This document shows, piece by piece, positions 38,258 to 47,889 of a stretch of 64,000 nt of DNA; position 1 is the first letter of the stretch; every line of letters starts with the position of its first letter. Below the pieces are notes generated by a model. That model made no database searches. It saw nothing but the letters and a program-made list of their open reading frames with translations, and had not been told where the DNA came from. The DNA comes from Candidatus Nomurabacteria bacterium (GTDB lineage: Bacteria > Patescibacteriota > Minisyncoccia > Phycocordibacterales > UBA5272): contig JBEIQD010000002.1 in assembly GCA_040376695.1 (NCBI GenBank), forward strand, positions 14,633-78,632, read 5' to 3'. Made by a program: the position numbers and the translations under genes.

Positions 38258-38956
38258 TTAGAGCGCTACTTGTATAAGCACAAACTGAGCCGTTTCATTT
38301 GCGGTTATTACCAAAGAATCTTCACCTTCTATTCTCAGTTGATCACCTGCCTGACAAATTACATCATTTACGAGAAGCTCTCCGCTTGTTACATACATAA
38401 ACACTCCCTGATTCTCGCTCATAGAATACTTAACACTTTGGCTAATTTCCAAAAGGGAAGTGTAAATTGTAGCCGCAGACCGTATATGAAGAGTGCCATC
38501 TGAAGGAACATCAGATATAACAGGTAAGAGTATATTTTTATTTGAGATAGCTGAAAAATCTTTCTGTGCGTACAAAGGCTGTAACCCTTTTTCATTTGGG
38601 GCTATCCATATTTGATACAGATGAACTGATTCATCTTTTGCATTCATCTCAGCATGAGTAATCCCTGTGCCAGCAGACATATACTGCACCTCCCCCGCTT
38701 TAATAACTCCAACATTACCCATACTATCTTTATGAGTAAGTTCACCTTGAAGAACTACGGTTACAATTTCCATATCTCTATGCCCATGAGGACCAAAGCC
38801 TGAATTTCCATCTATCGTATCATCATTAAATACGCGCAATGGCCCAAAATTCATATTCTCGGGGTCGTAATAATCCGCAAAGGAAAAAAGATGATAGGTG
38901 GAGAGCCACTCATGTTGTGCATGAAAACGGGTATGTGCAAAAATCTTTTTTATCAT
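38258..38956 (-). CDS. Pirin-family cupin protein
   Basis: GFGPHGHRDMEIVTVVLQGELTHKDSMGN. Confidence 0.8.
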   Translation of the reverse strand: MIKKIFAHTRFHAQHEWLSTYHLFSFADYYDPENMNFGPLRVFNDDTIDGNSGFGPHGHRDMEIVTVVLQGELTHKDSMGNVGVIKAGEVQYMSAGTGITHAEMNAKDESVHLYQIWIAPNEKGLQPLYAQKDFSAISNKNILLPVISDVPSDGTLHIRSAATIYTSLLEISQSVKYSMSENQGVFMYVTSGELLVNDVICQAGDQLRIEGEDSLVITANETAQFVLIQVAL

Positions 38957-38993
38957 AATAACCTACTGTGAAGAATTTCTAGTAAACCCTAAT

Positions 38994-39068
38994 TGGTGAC
39001 CCCACGGAGAGTCGAACTCCGCTTACCGGCATGAAAAGCCGATGTCCTAACCGATAGACGATGGGGCC
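38994..39068 (-). tRNA. tRNA-Glu (anticodon TTC), CCA encoded
   Basis: Reverse complement GGCCCCATCGTCTATCGGTTAGGACATCGGCTTTTCATGCCGGTAAGCGGAGTTCGACTCTCCGTGGGGTCACCA. Anticodon loop TTTTCAT. Confidence 0.85.
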
Positions 39069-39186
39069 GTCAACATGTCCATACCATGTAGCACTAGTAC
39101 AGCCAAGTAAAAAATATACTACCACGAAATGACACTTCTTTCAACTTTGGGGAGGCATGTTCGGTGTGGTATAGTTTAGAGCATTC

Positions 39187-39262
39187 GGGCGGTTAGCTCA
39201 GTTGGTAGAGCGCCACATTGACGTTGTGGATGTCAGAGGTTCGACTCCTCTATCGCCCACCA
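39187..39262 (+). tRNA. tRNA-Val (anticodon GAC), CCA encoded
   Basis: GGGCGGTTAGCTCAGTTGGTAGAGCGCCACATTGACGTTGTGGATGTCAGAGGTTCGACTCCTCTATCGCCCACCA. Candidate promoter TTGGGG-17-TGgTATAGT upstream. Confidence 0.9.
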
Positions 39263-39319
39263 AAGTAACAAAAGTTGAAGACCCTAGACAGACTGAAGAA
39301 AACAGATAACAATAGAGGA

Positions 39320-40324
39320 ATGGCTCGTGCATTTATACGTAAAGGCTTTAGTTTTATACTTGTACTCTGTGTTATATATGCAGGGTATTTTGGAGTGCAA
39401 TCTTTTTTTAGAAACCCCTGCGCTTTACCAAAAACATTTAGTGTTGGACCTGTAGACCCTCAATTCAACATTTCAAAAGAGACGGTAAAAACCTACAGCA
39501 AAGAAGCTGCGGGGATTTGGAATGCTTCATACAAAGAAAATGAGCTACTGACCCACGTTGAAACCGGAGGAGATATCCAAATTACTTTTGTCTATGACGA
39601 ACGGCAAAGAACTACTATTAAAAATGAGCGCCTACAAAGAACCATAGACGCCGAAAAAGGAGAACTCAACACTATCAAAGAAACTATTGATTCTTTAAAA
39701 AAAGAATATGATACGCTTGAAAAAAGTATCACTACCCAAACAAAGAGCTACAACACGCGACTTACAAAACATAACGAGGAAATAGAATACTGGAATTCAC
39801 AAGGCGGAGCACCTCGTGAAGACTATCAACGTCTTGAACGCGAAGCTGCCTCTCTAGAAACAGAAAGGCTCTCCCTTAACGCAAATATTGCACGTTTTAA
39901 TGTGTTAGTGGAGCGTATTAAAAATTATGACAAAGACCACAATCAAGTCGTTAGTACACTTAATGAAAAAATTGAGACTCTCAATAAAAATACTCTGCGA
40001 GAATTCGAAGAAGGAACATACGACCCAAATACTCGCACAATTACTATTTATGAATACGGGAACACTGTAGCACTCAAGCGTGTACTTATTCATGAATTAG
40101 GACACGCACTAGCTCTTAATCACGTAGATGACAAAGAGGCTATTATGTACTCAGTTAATCAAGGGAAAAATCTAACATTAACAGCAGCAGACAAAGAGGA
40201 GCTTATGAACGTTTGTAGGGAAAGGAATTTCGATGATATTAAAAAGAACCTTACAACTATTCGTGATGATATTTTTCTCCTTTTAAAATGGTCATGGCAC
40301 GATAGAGTTGCTCCACAAGAATAA
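39320..40324 (+). CDS. Membrane-anchored coiled-coil protein with C-terminal matrixin-like zinc metallopeptidase domain
   Basis: HELGHALALNH...AIMY (HExxHxxGxxH-like plus Met-turn). N-terminal TM helix, long coiled-coil. Start at MARAF (SD agagga). 3' end overlaps rlmH by 68 nt (convergent). Confidence 0.5.
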   Translation: MARAFIRKGFSFILVLCVIYAGYFGVQSFFRNPCALPKTFSVGPVDPQFNISKETVKTYSKEAAGIWNASYKENELLTHVETGGDIQITFVYDERQRTTIKNERLQRTIDAEKGELNTIKETIDSLKKEYDTLEKSITTQTKSYNTRLTKHNEEIEYWNSQGGAPREDYQRLEREAASLETERLSLNANIARFNVLVERIKNYDKDHNQVVSTLNEKIETLNKNTLREFEEGTYDPNTRTITIYEYGNTVALKRVLIHELGHALALNHVDDKEAIMYSVNQGKNLTLTAADKEELMNVCRERNFDDIKKNLTTIRDDIFLLLKWSWHDRVAPQE

Positions 40325-40706
40325 CCCGCACAAGAAGATGAGGAAATACGAGTGAAGATAGTTTCCATGTATAGTTTGCACGTACGTGGATAGCGTCTGA
40401 CACACCATATGCGCCACCAATAACAAAGATCATTCTTTTAACAGAATCGAGCATGCGATTTTCAATAAGCTCTGCCACTGCTTCACTTTTCATATCTCTT
40501 CCTCTTTCATCAAGTAAAACCACATAATCCTCTTTTTTAATATGACTAAGAAGTTTCTCCCCTTCTTTTACCTTTGTGCTTTCATGCTCAAGATATACCC
40601 ACTCAATTGGTAGATAACGTAAAATGCGCGTTTCAAAATGCTTTATAAGATCATCCGTGAGGGTGTCTTTACCCTTGCCAATAGTTAAAATGAGAAGTTT
40701 CATCAT
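40257..40706 (-). CDS. rlmH: 23S rRNA (pseudouridine1915-N3)-methyltransferase
   Basis: SPOUT-fold RlmH; C-terminal VFPHLLVRVILVEQLYRAMTILKGEKYH. Confidence 0.8.
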   Translation of the reverse strand: MMKLLILTIGKGKDTLTDDLIKHFETRILRYLPIEWVYLEHESTKVKEGEKLLSHIKKEDYVVLLDERGRDMKSEAVAELIENRMLDSVKRMIFVIGGAYGVSDAIHVRANYTWKLSSLVFPHLLVRVILVEQLYRAMTILKGEKYHHE

Positions 40707-40744
40707 GATATACTCTAACCTATCAAGCCCTCCCCTACAACCCC

Positions 40745-41764
40745 ATGAAGCCCCGAATCACTCTTACTCTTACGTGGCACATCCTTCTCATTGGATTCAT
40801 TTTCTTTTTAGTTTCGATACTTGCTGTGAGTTATGGCGGGTACAAACTTTACCAAAAAGTACTAACTGCTGAAAAAATTCAAAAAGAATTAGTAGCTCTG
40901 CAAACAGAGGAACGTATCCGTAAGGAGGAAGAGGCAGGCAAGCTTATATCAGCTCAACAGGCAGAACTGACTGAGGCAAAAACTGAACTTGAAAAAACAA
41001 AAACTGAAGCAGAGAAAACAAATGCTCAAGTAAAATCTTTAACACAGACACTGAAAGATCAATCAAGCGTACAGAAAGAAATTGTTATTTCATCTGTTGA
41101 TCTTGCTCCGTATGTAACAGGAGTCGTTCAAATTGTCTGTTCTACTTCTCTGGGTATAACAAGTGGGTCAGGCTCTCTTTTCACCTTCAAAGAGCTACAA
41201 CGTGCAGTTCTTACTAATTATCATGTGGTAAAAGATGCTGATAAGTGTGTTGTTGTTATGACAAGTAATGCTAATACAGTGACTGGAGTATTTTCACTTA
41301 ACCCTTCGGTGTACACGTTTAATGTACACACTGATCAAGCAGTTCTAGCTATTGGAGAATCTCTTTCAACCACGAGTGTACCTATTGCTAACTATAACTA
41401 CTCACTATCCTCTGTGAGAAAATGTACATCCCCTACTCCAATCGGAACACCTGTTGTTATTATTGGATACCCAGCTTATGCAAAAAGAGATTCGACAGTA
41501 ACATTAGAAACAATAGGAACAATTCCTGCAGTATTTAGAACTGCCACGAACGGCATTATTTCTGGCTATGATACATCTCGGTCTGGAGAACCAAACTACT
41601 TCGTGTCTGCAAAAATTGATAACGGTAATTCTGGTGGTATTGCACTAGCTAAAGATGCTAAGGGAATTTGCTCTCTTGGTCTACCAACATGGCTGACCGT
41701 TGGCAATTACGAAACTCAAGGATTGGTACAGAACATAAGTAATGTACTTCCGGCAGACCACTAA
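40745..41764 (+). CDS. Membrane-anchored trypsin-like serine protease
   Basis: Catalytic triad context TNYHVV ... DQAVLAI ... GNSGGIAL. N-terminal TM plus coiled-coil. Confidence 0.55.
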   Translation: MKPRITLTLTWHILLIGFIFFLVSILAVSYGGYKLYQKVLTAEKIQKELVALQTEERIRKEEEAGKLISAQQAELTEAKTELEKTKTEAEKTNAQVKSLTQTLKDQSSVQKEIVISSVDLAPYVTGVVQIVCSTSLGITSGSGSLFTFKELQRAVLTNYHVVKDADKCVVVMTSNANTVTGVFSLNPSVYTFNVHTDQAVLAIGESLSTTSVPIANYNYSLSSVRKCTSPTPIGTPVVIIGYPAYAKRDSTVTLETIGTIPAVFRTATNGIISGYDTSRSGEPNYFVSAKIDNGNSGGIALAKDAKGICSLGLPTWLTVGNYETQGLVQNISNVLPADH

Positions 41765-41789
41765 TACAATCTGATATACTGCATACTCT

Positions 41790-42971
41790 ATGATTCTCCT
41801 TGCGATTGAAACAAGTTGTGACGAAACGGCAGTGTCGATCGTAAAACGACTGCGAGGTAAAAATGTACGCTTTGAAGTCCTTTCTCACAAGGTTCTTTCT
41901 CAAGTAGATCTCCATGCACAATATGGAGGCGTCTTCCCAGCTCTCGCAAAAAGAGAACACTCGAAAGCGTTGACTCAATTAATTGCTGAATGTTTGGATG
42001 AAGCAGACCTCCTCACTGAACGTACAAACACTCACCATATTCCAAATACAGAACGTAAGAAATTAGAAACACTTCTTGAGCGAGAACCTGAAATGTTAGC
42101 AGCAATGAAAATACTCTTTGAAGGAATACAGAAACCTGCTATTGATGCTATTGCTGTGACATCAGGACCAGGACTTGAGCCTGCGCTATGGGTAGGTGTG
42201 AGCGGGGCACTTGCTCTTCATATGGTGTGGGATATTCCTCTTTACCCTATCAATCACATGGAAGGACATGTTGTGGCAAGTGTACTTTCACATGTTGATG
42301 GGAAGTATGAAATCCCAGAACTAGACGTTCCAGCTGTTGCACTTCTCATTTCAGGAGGACACACAGAACTCGTTCGTATTCCTAAATGGAGATCTTACAA
42401 AGTAATTGGGAAGACACGAGATGATGCAGTTGGCGAGGCTTTTGATAAGGCAGCAAGAATGCTTGATCTCCCATATCCAGGCGGACCTCAGATTTCAAAA
42501 CTTGCAGAACACGCCCGCAAGGAAGGACTCGTTGTAGATGAAGACTTACGGCTTCCGCGCCCTATGATTAATAGTGGAGATCTAGCTTTCTCTTTTAGTG
42601 GTATAAAGACGGCAGTTCTTACTCGAGTTAACAAACGTAAACCTATCGATGACTCTACGAAAAAAATGCTGGCTCTTGAATTTGAAAATGCAGTAACTGA
42701 TGTATTGGTTTCCAAAGTAAAACAAGCCATGTATGAGACTCGCGCAAAGACACTCATTGTTGGCGGCGGAGTAAGCGCAAATACGCACATTAGACACGCA
42801 TTAAAGAATCTCGCTGAGAATGATGGATTTACTCTTTTTGTTCCCGATCATGCGCTATCAACCGATAACGGACTCATGATTGCTTCCACTGGATTACTTC
42901 ATATAGCTACAGACGTTAAACCTAAAGTAAAAATTGTTGCGAACGGATCTTGGTCAATCGAAGACTGTTAA
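41790..42971 (+). CDS. tsaD: tRNA N6-adenosine threonylcarbamoyltransferase
   Basis: MILLAIETSCDETAVSIV..., Kae1/YgjD family. About 50 aa of insertions relative to typical TsaD. Confidence 0.9.
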   Translation: MILLAIETSCDETAVSIVKRLRGKNVRFEVLSHKVLSQVDLHAQYGGVFPALAKREHSKALTQLIAECLDEADLLTERTNTHHIPNTERKKLETLLEREPEMLAAMKILFEGIQKPAIDAIAVTSGPGLEPALWVGVSGALALHMVWDIPLYPINHMEGHVVASVLSHVDGKYEIPELDVPAVALLISGGHTELVRIPKWRSYKVIGKTRDDAVGEAFDKAARMLDLPYPGGPQISKLAEHARKEGLVVDEDLRLPRPMINSGDLAFSFSGIKTAVLTRVNKRKPIDDSTKKMLALEFENAVTDVLVSKVKQAMYETRAKTLIVGGGVSANTHIRHALKNLAENDGFTLFVPDHALSTDNGLMIASTGLLHIATDVKPKVKIVANGSWSIEDC

Positions 42972-42975
42972 TCGA

Positions 42976-43019
42976 GGCAAAAGAAAAACGATATCTTACG
43001 ATATCGTTTTTCTTTTGCC
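42976..43019. repeat. 44 nt perfect AT-rich palindrome (copy A), bidirectional terminator-like
   Basis: GGCAAAAGAAAAACGATATCttacGATATCGTTTTTCTTTTGCC. A 36 nt core recurs at 56284-56319. Confidence 0.6.
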
Positions 43020-43251
43020 TCGCAAACCGTGGTGGTGAGCGTGGCATGCTCCAAAATAAGTGCCTTATGTGAGCGCGGTCGCTCACCGCAACGAATTGCG
43101 AATGAGCACCACCTCTCTAGTGTACAACCTCTGCTTTCTAGTTTCAAGGCTTAATTAAAAAACGTAAAGGGCCATCCGAAGATGACCCAATGCGCAGGCA
43201 TTCATTTATTTTGTGGGCACGCCAATTGGCGCTCACCCTATAATTGTACCC
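43020..43251 (-). other. GC-rich hairpin-dense 3' region downstream of the 43252 gene (structured RNA candidate, copy A)
   Basis: Contains a UUCG-tetraloop hairpin (GGGTCATCttcgGATGGCCC), GTGAGCG/CGCTCAC and GGTGGTG/CACCACC helices. Architecture parallels 56320-56542. Confidence 0.3.
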
Positions 43252-45465
43252 CTATTTTGCAGGACTCGCAAGAAGCTGCTTAATGTACGCATCCACTTGG
43301 GCTGTATACTCTGGGCTTGTTTGCTTAAGTTCATTCAAGAGCTGGATTGCAAGCGTTATCTGCTTGGTGCTCACTAAAGCACTCAGAATATCAGCATCAA
43401 ACGGCACAGTCTGTCCTTTTGCCGTAAGATATGCTCGTGCTTCACTCCATTTGTTTGCATACACTGAGGCAAGCAAATATATCTTTGCTGCATCCCCATA
43501 TGCTGGAGCACTATCGAACGTCTCTCGAGCAAGAGCATAAGCTTCATTTGTCTTCCCAGTAAGAAGATATGCTCTCACGAGATCAAATGACACTAGTTGC
43601 TTTTTAGGAGCAATCATATGTGCTTGAGTTAATACTTTTTCCGCAGAAACACCATCTCCAATACCGTTGTAAAACATTCCATAAATTGAAAGCATTCGTA
43701 CATCATTCTTGTGAGCCTCGTATGAATTTTCAATATCCTTACGAGCTCCTTCAATCATAGAATTAATTGCCTGCACTGACTTTAGCTTGTCTTCTTCTGG
43801 AACATCCTCTGGAATAGTAACCTGTGCAATTCTTACTGTTGTCTGAAGATATTGTTCACGAGCTTCTTCAGAACCTACTGTATGCAATGCAATTGCTTTC
43901 TCAAATGCCGCCTGTTGTACTTTTACAGCATCTGCAAATGACATTGTTTGAATAAGTCGATTAATATCTAAACCTTTAACAAGATTCTTATTCACCATGA
44001 GAGGTCTATACACAAGGACGTACATCGTAGCTATGAGAAGAATTCCAATCACGGGTAGATATAACATATTCATCTGATCATCACTCACCGCTTTACCTCC
44101 CTGAACTTCTCCACGAGCTCCCGTTTTAAATGCGATATACGCAAGCAAGAAGAAGAATAAGATATAGCTTATAAGGTTATCAAACACGAATATATTGTGA
44201 ACAAAATATCCAGCTAACGCGCCCGTGAGAATAGCTTTCTCTCTGAAAGGCATATCATTCTTTTTTCTCCACATAAGCCAAAGCGCTACAACGTAGAGTG
44301 AGAGATATGCAATCAAACCGAGAGCTCCCGCAGCAACCAACCAGTCGAAGAACACATTGTGTGATCGATCGTACCATGATTCAAGATTCCACATTTTCTC
44401 TGGAAGAAACTTACTTGCATAAATATAACTGAAATTATCCTGTCCATATCCAAGTATTGGTTTTTCCTTAAATGCTTCATAGCTAATTTTCCAGATAGAC
44501 AAACGACTCATCCCTGTTAAATCTGTTGGGGAAATACTTGCGAAACGAGCAAGTGTTGGTGATGATTGTATAAATGAAGAATCTTTAAATGCAAAGACAG
44601 AACCAACAATAACTACGGCGGCTATCATAGTTCCAACAAGAACTCTTCTAGCTTTCCCTTTTTCAGCTAATGCAATAAGCCCGAGTGTCATAAAACCACC
44701 AACCAGAAGTCCGATTTGTGTCCCTCGGGTTCCGGTGTAGAAAAGCGCAATGAGGTTAAGTACTATGAGTGTCGGATAGAGCCAAGTCTTCTTTCCACCT
44801 TTCTCTTCTGACCAACGCAAAGCAAGAATGAAAATAAACATCAAACAGTAGATAGCAAAGTACGCAGAGTTTCCAAGTGTCGCATCTAGTCGATTTTCAC
44901 TCATATGAATTGGGAACGCTGCTGAAAACTTTGCAGCAACTCCTGGAAGGAGCTGTGAGAATATATACCCACTTGCTCCAAGTAATTGTCCGTACCCGAA
45001 TACAAGCACTGCGATATTTGAGGCGATGAGAGCCTTAAACATTTTTCCGTATTCCGCAGTTGTGCGAAGCATGGCTGAAAGTACCACAAAGTAAGCAAAG
45101 AGATGAAGGTGCCCAACAAATCCTTCCATGCGCTCAAAGTTACTCCAGATACTCTTAAACGAATCAACTCCAAAGATATCTGCAAGGAGGAGAATTGCCA
45201 TAAAAACAGCGTACGCAATAAGAAGTGGTGACTTTCGAATATTCAAACGATAACTTGCATCTTTAAGAGCAAGGATTACCCACCCGAAGAATGCTATTTC
45301 AACCAAGAACCTAAACACCATATTCTTACCGGAAATAAATGGGAAATACATACCGGATGTTCCTCGATTAAGAAGATCCAATGAATGCCCACTGGCCACA
45401 TAGAGCGCGACAAACGGAATAATCAAAAGACACCCCCACACCACTTTCTTCAAAATACTTTGCAT
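43252..45465 (-). CDS. O-antigen ligase-like (Wzy_C) polytopic membrane protein with C-terminal TPR repeats
   Basis: 737 aa, more than 10 TM helices with a GTRGTQIGLLVG motif, followed by a soluble TPR-like helical repeat domain. Confidence 0.45.
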   Translation of the reverse strand: MQSILKKVVWGCLLIIPFVALYVASGHSLDLLNRGTSGMYFPFISGKNMVFRFLVEIAFFGWVILALKDASYRLNIRKSPLLIAYAVFMAILLLADIFGVDSFKSIWSNFERMEGFVGHLHLFAYFVVLSAMLRTTAEYGKMFKALIASNIAVLVFGYGQLLGASGYIFSQLLPGVAAKFSAAFPIHMSENRLDATLGNSAYFAIYCLMFIFILALRWSEEKGGKKTWLYPTLIVLNLIALFYTGTRGTQIGLLVGGFMTLGLIALAEKGKARRVLVGTMIAAVVIVGSVFAFKDSSFIQSSPTLARFASISPTDLTGMSRLSIWKISYEAFKEKPILGYGQDNFSYIYASKFLPEKMWNLESWYDRSHNVFFDWLVAAGALGLIAYLSLYVVALWLMWRKKNDMPFREKAILTGALAGYFVHNIFVFDNLISYILFFFLLAYIAFKTGARGEVQGGKAVSDDQMNMLYLPVIGILLIATMYVLVYRPLMVNKNLVKGLDINRLIQTMSFADAVKVQQAAFEKAIALHTVGSEEAREQYLQTTVRIAQVTIPEDVPEEDKLKSVQAINSMIEGARKDIENSYEAHKNDVRMLSIYGMFYNGIGDGVSAEKVLTQAHMIAPKKQLVSFDLVRAYLLTGKTNEAYALARETFDSAPAYGDAAKIYLLASVYANKWSEARAYLTAKGQTVPFDADILSALVSTKQITLAIQLLNELKQTSPEYTAQVDAYIKQLLASPAK

Positions 45466-45564
45466 ACTAAATAATTATTAACTCACCTACTATCTGAATA
45501 ATAGGTAAAGTGTAGCACGACAAAAGCCTTAGTATCGTTGTTGACAGAGGTTGTTTTATGTTGC

Positions 45565-46437
45565 TTACAAAGCTTTCTTTCCAATCAAAAGATGCATATC
45601 TCCAAGCTTATTTTTCCAAAGGTTATATGTTTCTTTATTGTAATTTCTCCTGTACAAAAGATAGTCTTCTTCTTCAACTGGAATAATGTTGTGCTCGGAA
45701 AGTTCGCTACGAATAGGGCCCCATTCTATATGATCATCCTTAAACACATGTATATCCCCTTCTCGTTGATACTTTGGATTACTAAACATTCTAATACCTC
45801 TATCTATGTAGTTTGTTAATACAAAATATTTTTTAAAATCTACAGTTGATGCACTCTTCATGTCTGACTGAAAATGTTCATACTCATTTCCTTTCCAAAT
45901 AAAACTTGAAGCCTCATGATCGATATATAAAACTCCTCCTGGTTTCAATACGCGTGCAAATTCTTTCATAAGACAAAGATAGTCGGGGACATGGTGGAGT
46001 ACAGAATACATGGCAACCACATCTACGCTTGCATCTTCTATATTCACTAAATCAGTCCCGTTTAGTTGAACAGTGATTACTTTCTGTTTATAGCTTCGAG
46101 AAGCGACCAAATCTAAAAACCCAGTTGAAACGTCCGCTGCAATTACCTCACAACCAAGTTCTGTTAAGTGGTGAGTAAGATTTCCTGCACCGCAACCAAA
46201 ATCAAGAGCTACGAGTGGAGAGCTTTTTGTTTCAACGTGTGATAAAGCTTTTTCCAGACCCTGCCTAAGACGAGTCTGTTCTACTTCATTATAAATCTCA
46301 CCGTGCAGTGCCTCGTATTTTTTGGCAATTTTGTTATGAACAGCGATATTATGCTCAAGTTGACTTTTCCCCATAGTAAAGGAAATTATACCACGGTGGT
46401 ATAATGGGTGCATAAACCCTATGATTCCAAAAATCAT
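45565..46437 (-). CDS. Class I SAM-dependent methyltransferase
   Basis: VALDFGCGAGNLTHHLTELGCEVIAADVS. Confidence 0.7.
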   Translation of the reverse strand: MIFGIIGFMHPLYHRGIISFTMGKSQLEHNIAVHNKIAKKYEALHGEIYNEVEQTRLRQGLEKALSHVETKSSPLVALDFGCGAGNLTHHLTELGCEVIAADVSTGFLDLVASRSYKQKVITVQLNGTDLVNIEDASVDVVAMYSVLHHVPDYLCLMKEFARVLKPGGVLYIDHEASSFIWKGNEYEHFQSDMKSASTVDFKKYFVLTNYIDRGIRMFSNPKYQREGDIHVFKDDHIEWGPIRSELSEHNIIPVEEEDYLLYRRNYNKETYNLWKNKLGDMHLLIGKKAL

Positions 46438-47119
46438 CCACTACTGCTGGTTTGGTAACAACGAAAAAAGTGATGAGATTATTGACTGCATTGAAAGTTG
46501 GAAAAAAACATGTCCCGACTTTGAAATAAAAGAATGGAATGAAATTAATTTTCCGTTTGAAAATTTCCCGTTTGCTGCTCGTATGTATAATGAAAAAAGA
46601 TGGGCTTTCGTTGCAGATTATGCCCGTCTTCATATTCTAGAATCAGAGGGTGGATTTTATTTAGATACCGACATGCTACTACTCCAATCCCTCTCCCCTC
46701 TTACTGAAAGCTCGTGCGTGCTTGGAGAAGAAGCTCCTGGCACCATTAGCGCAGGCATGATTGGCTCTGTTGCTCACCATCCTTTTATTACGCAATGTCG
46801 TGATTTTTATGACACCCATGTTGAAGAATCCATCACCATCCCCCGTGTTCTTTCTCAAATATACGAAAACTATGCAGACAAGAGTGCCCTCGTCGTGTAT
46901 CCTCAAAAAGTTTTCTACCCATTCGACAGTGAACATATCAATGAATACAAAGGACAAGATCTTGGACCTGAAGTTATCGGGGTTCACTTATGGCATTACT
47001 CTTGGGGCCATCCGCTTAATAAGTTTTTTAAAAAAATTGGAATTTATGGCTTTGGAAAACAAGTAGTTGAGTTCCTTGGTATCAAACCAATCCTTAAAAA
47101 ACTTTTAGGATTTATCTAG
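46421..47119 (+). CDS. Glycosyltransferase with DXD sugar-binding motif (GT32 / capsule-synthesis-like)
   Basis: IPKIIHYCWFGNNEKSDEI... YLDTDM. Confidence 0.55.
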   Translation: MIPKIIHYCWFGNNEKSDEIIDCIESWKKTCPDFEIKEWNEINFPFENFPFAARMYNEKRWAFVADYARLHILESEGGFYLDTDMLLLQSLSPLTESSCVLGEEAPGTISAGMIGSVAHHPFITQCRDFYDTHVEESITIPRVLSQIYENYADKSALVVYPQKVFYPFDSEHINEYKGQDLGPEVIGVHLWHYSWGHPLNKFFKKIGIYGFGKQVVEFLGIKPILKKLLGFI

Positions 47120-47124
47120 CTTCT

Positions 47125-47889
47125 ATGCGATTTAGTATTATAACTCCAACACACAAGCGCTCCGACAAACTTTTTCGAGCTGTACAATCAGTACTTACAC
47201 AAACATACCAGGACTGGGAGATGATTATTGTTAATGATTCACCGAACGATGAAACCTACAGAACTTTTGCTTCATCAATTAACGACCCGAGAATTCACTA
47301 CCACACAAACCGAACCAACAGCGGCGTAAATTTTACACGTAATACAGCCCTTGATAAGGTTTCATCAGAATCTGACTGGATTATCTTTTTAGATGATGAT
47401 GACTATTTCGCACCCGACACTCTTTTATCTTTACATGAGCTCATTCTTGATCACCCTCATAAAAATTGGTTCATTACAAACAGAGCCCATAAAAATGGCA
47501 CCTCACTCACACAGATTAAAAAATCCGACACTTCGTATTCATACATACGAGACTACCTTCTATTGAAACGATGTAAAGGAGACGTAACTCATACCATTAA
47601 CACTTCAGCTATTCATCTTGTTCGTTTTCCTATACACGTAAAGCAAGGAGAAGAGTGGCTCTTCTTCTATCAGTTAGGACTTACAGAGAAGATGTTTTAC
47701 CACATTCACAACAGCACTCTCACTGACGGATACGACGCACGCAATGGCTTAAATTTTAGAAAGCGAACTCGTGGAGAAAAGTTTGAAACAATCTCTATTC
47801 TATTCTACGAAGGAATACGTCTTGGGATTGCTTACCATCCAACATTCCTTCTCTATATTGCTATACGTCTTATAAGGATTGTTATTTAA
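47125..47889 (+). CDS. Glycosyltransferase family 2
   Basis: FSIITPTHKRSDKLFRAVQSVLTQTYQDWEMIIVNDSPND. Confidence 0.75.
   Translation: MRFSIITPTHKRSDKLFRAVQSVLTQTYQDWEMIIVNDSPNDETYRTFASSINDPRIHYHTNRTNSGVNFTRNTALDKVSSESDWIIFLDDDDYFAPDTLLSLHELILDHPHKNWFITNRAHKNGTSLTQIKKSDTSYSYIRDYLLLKRCKGDVTHTINTSAIHLVRFPIHVKQGEEWLFFYQLGLTEKMFYHIHNSTLTDGYDARNGLNFRKRTRGEKFETISILFYEGIRLGIAYHPTFLLYIAIRLIRIVI

Noticed and set aside
43244-43540. 98 aa plus-strand ORF
   Set aside because: It is antisense to the 3' end of the 43252-45465 membrane/TPR gene and the structured region.
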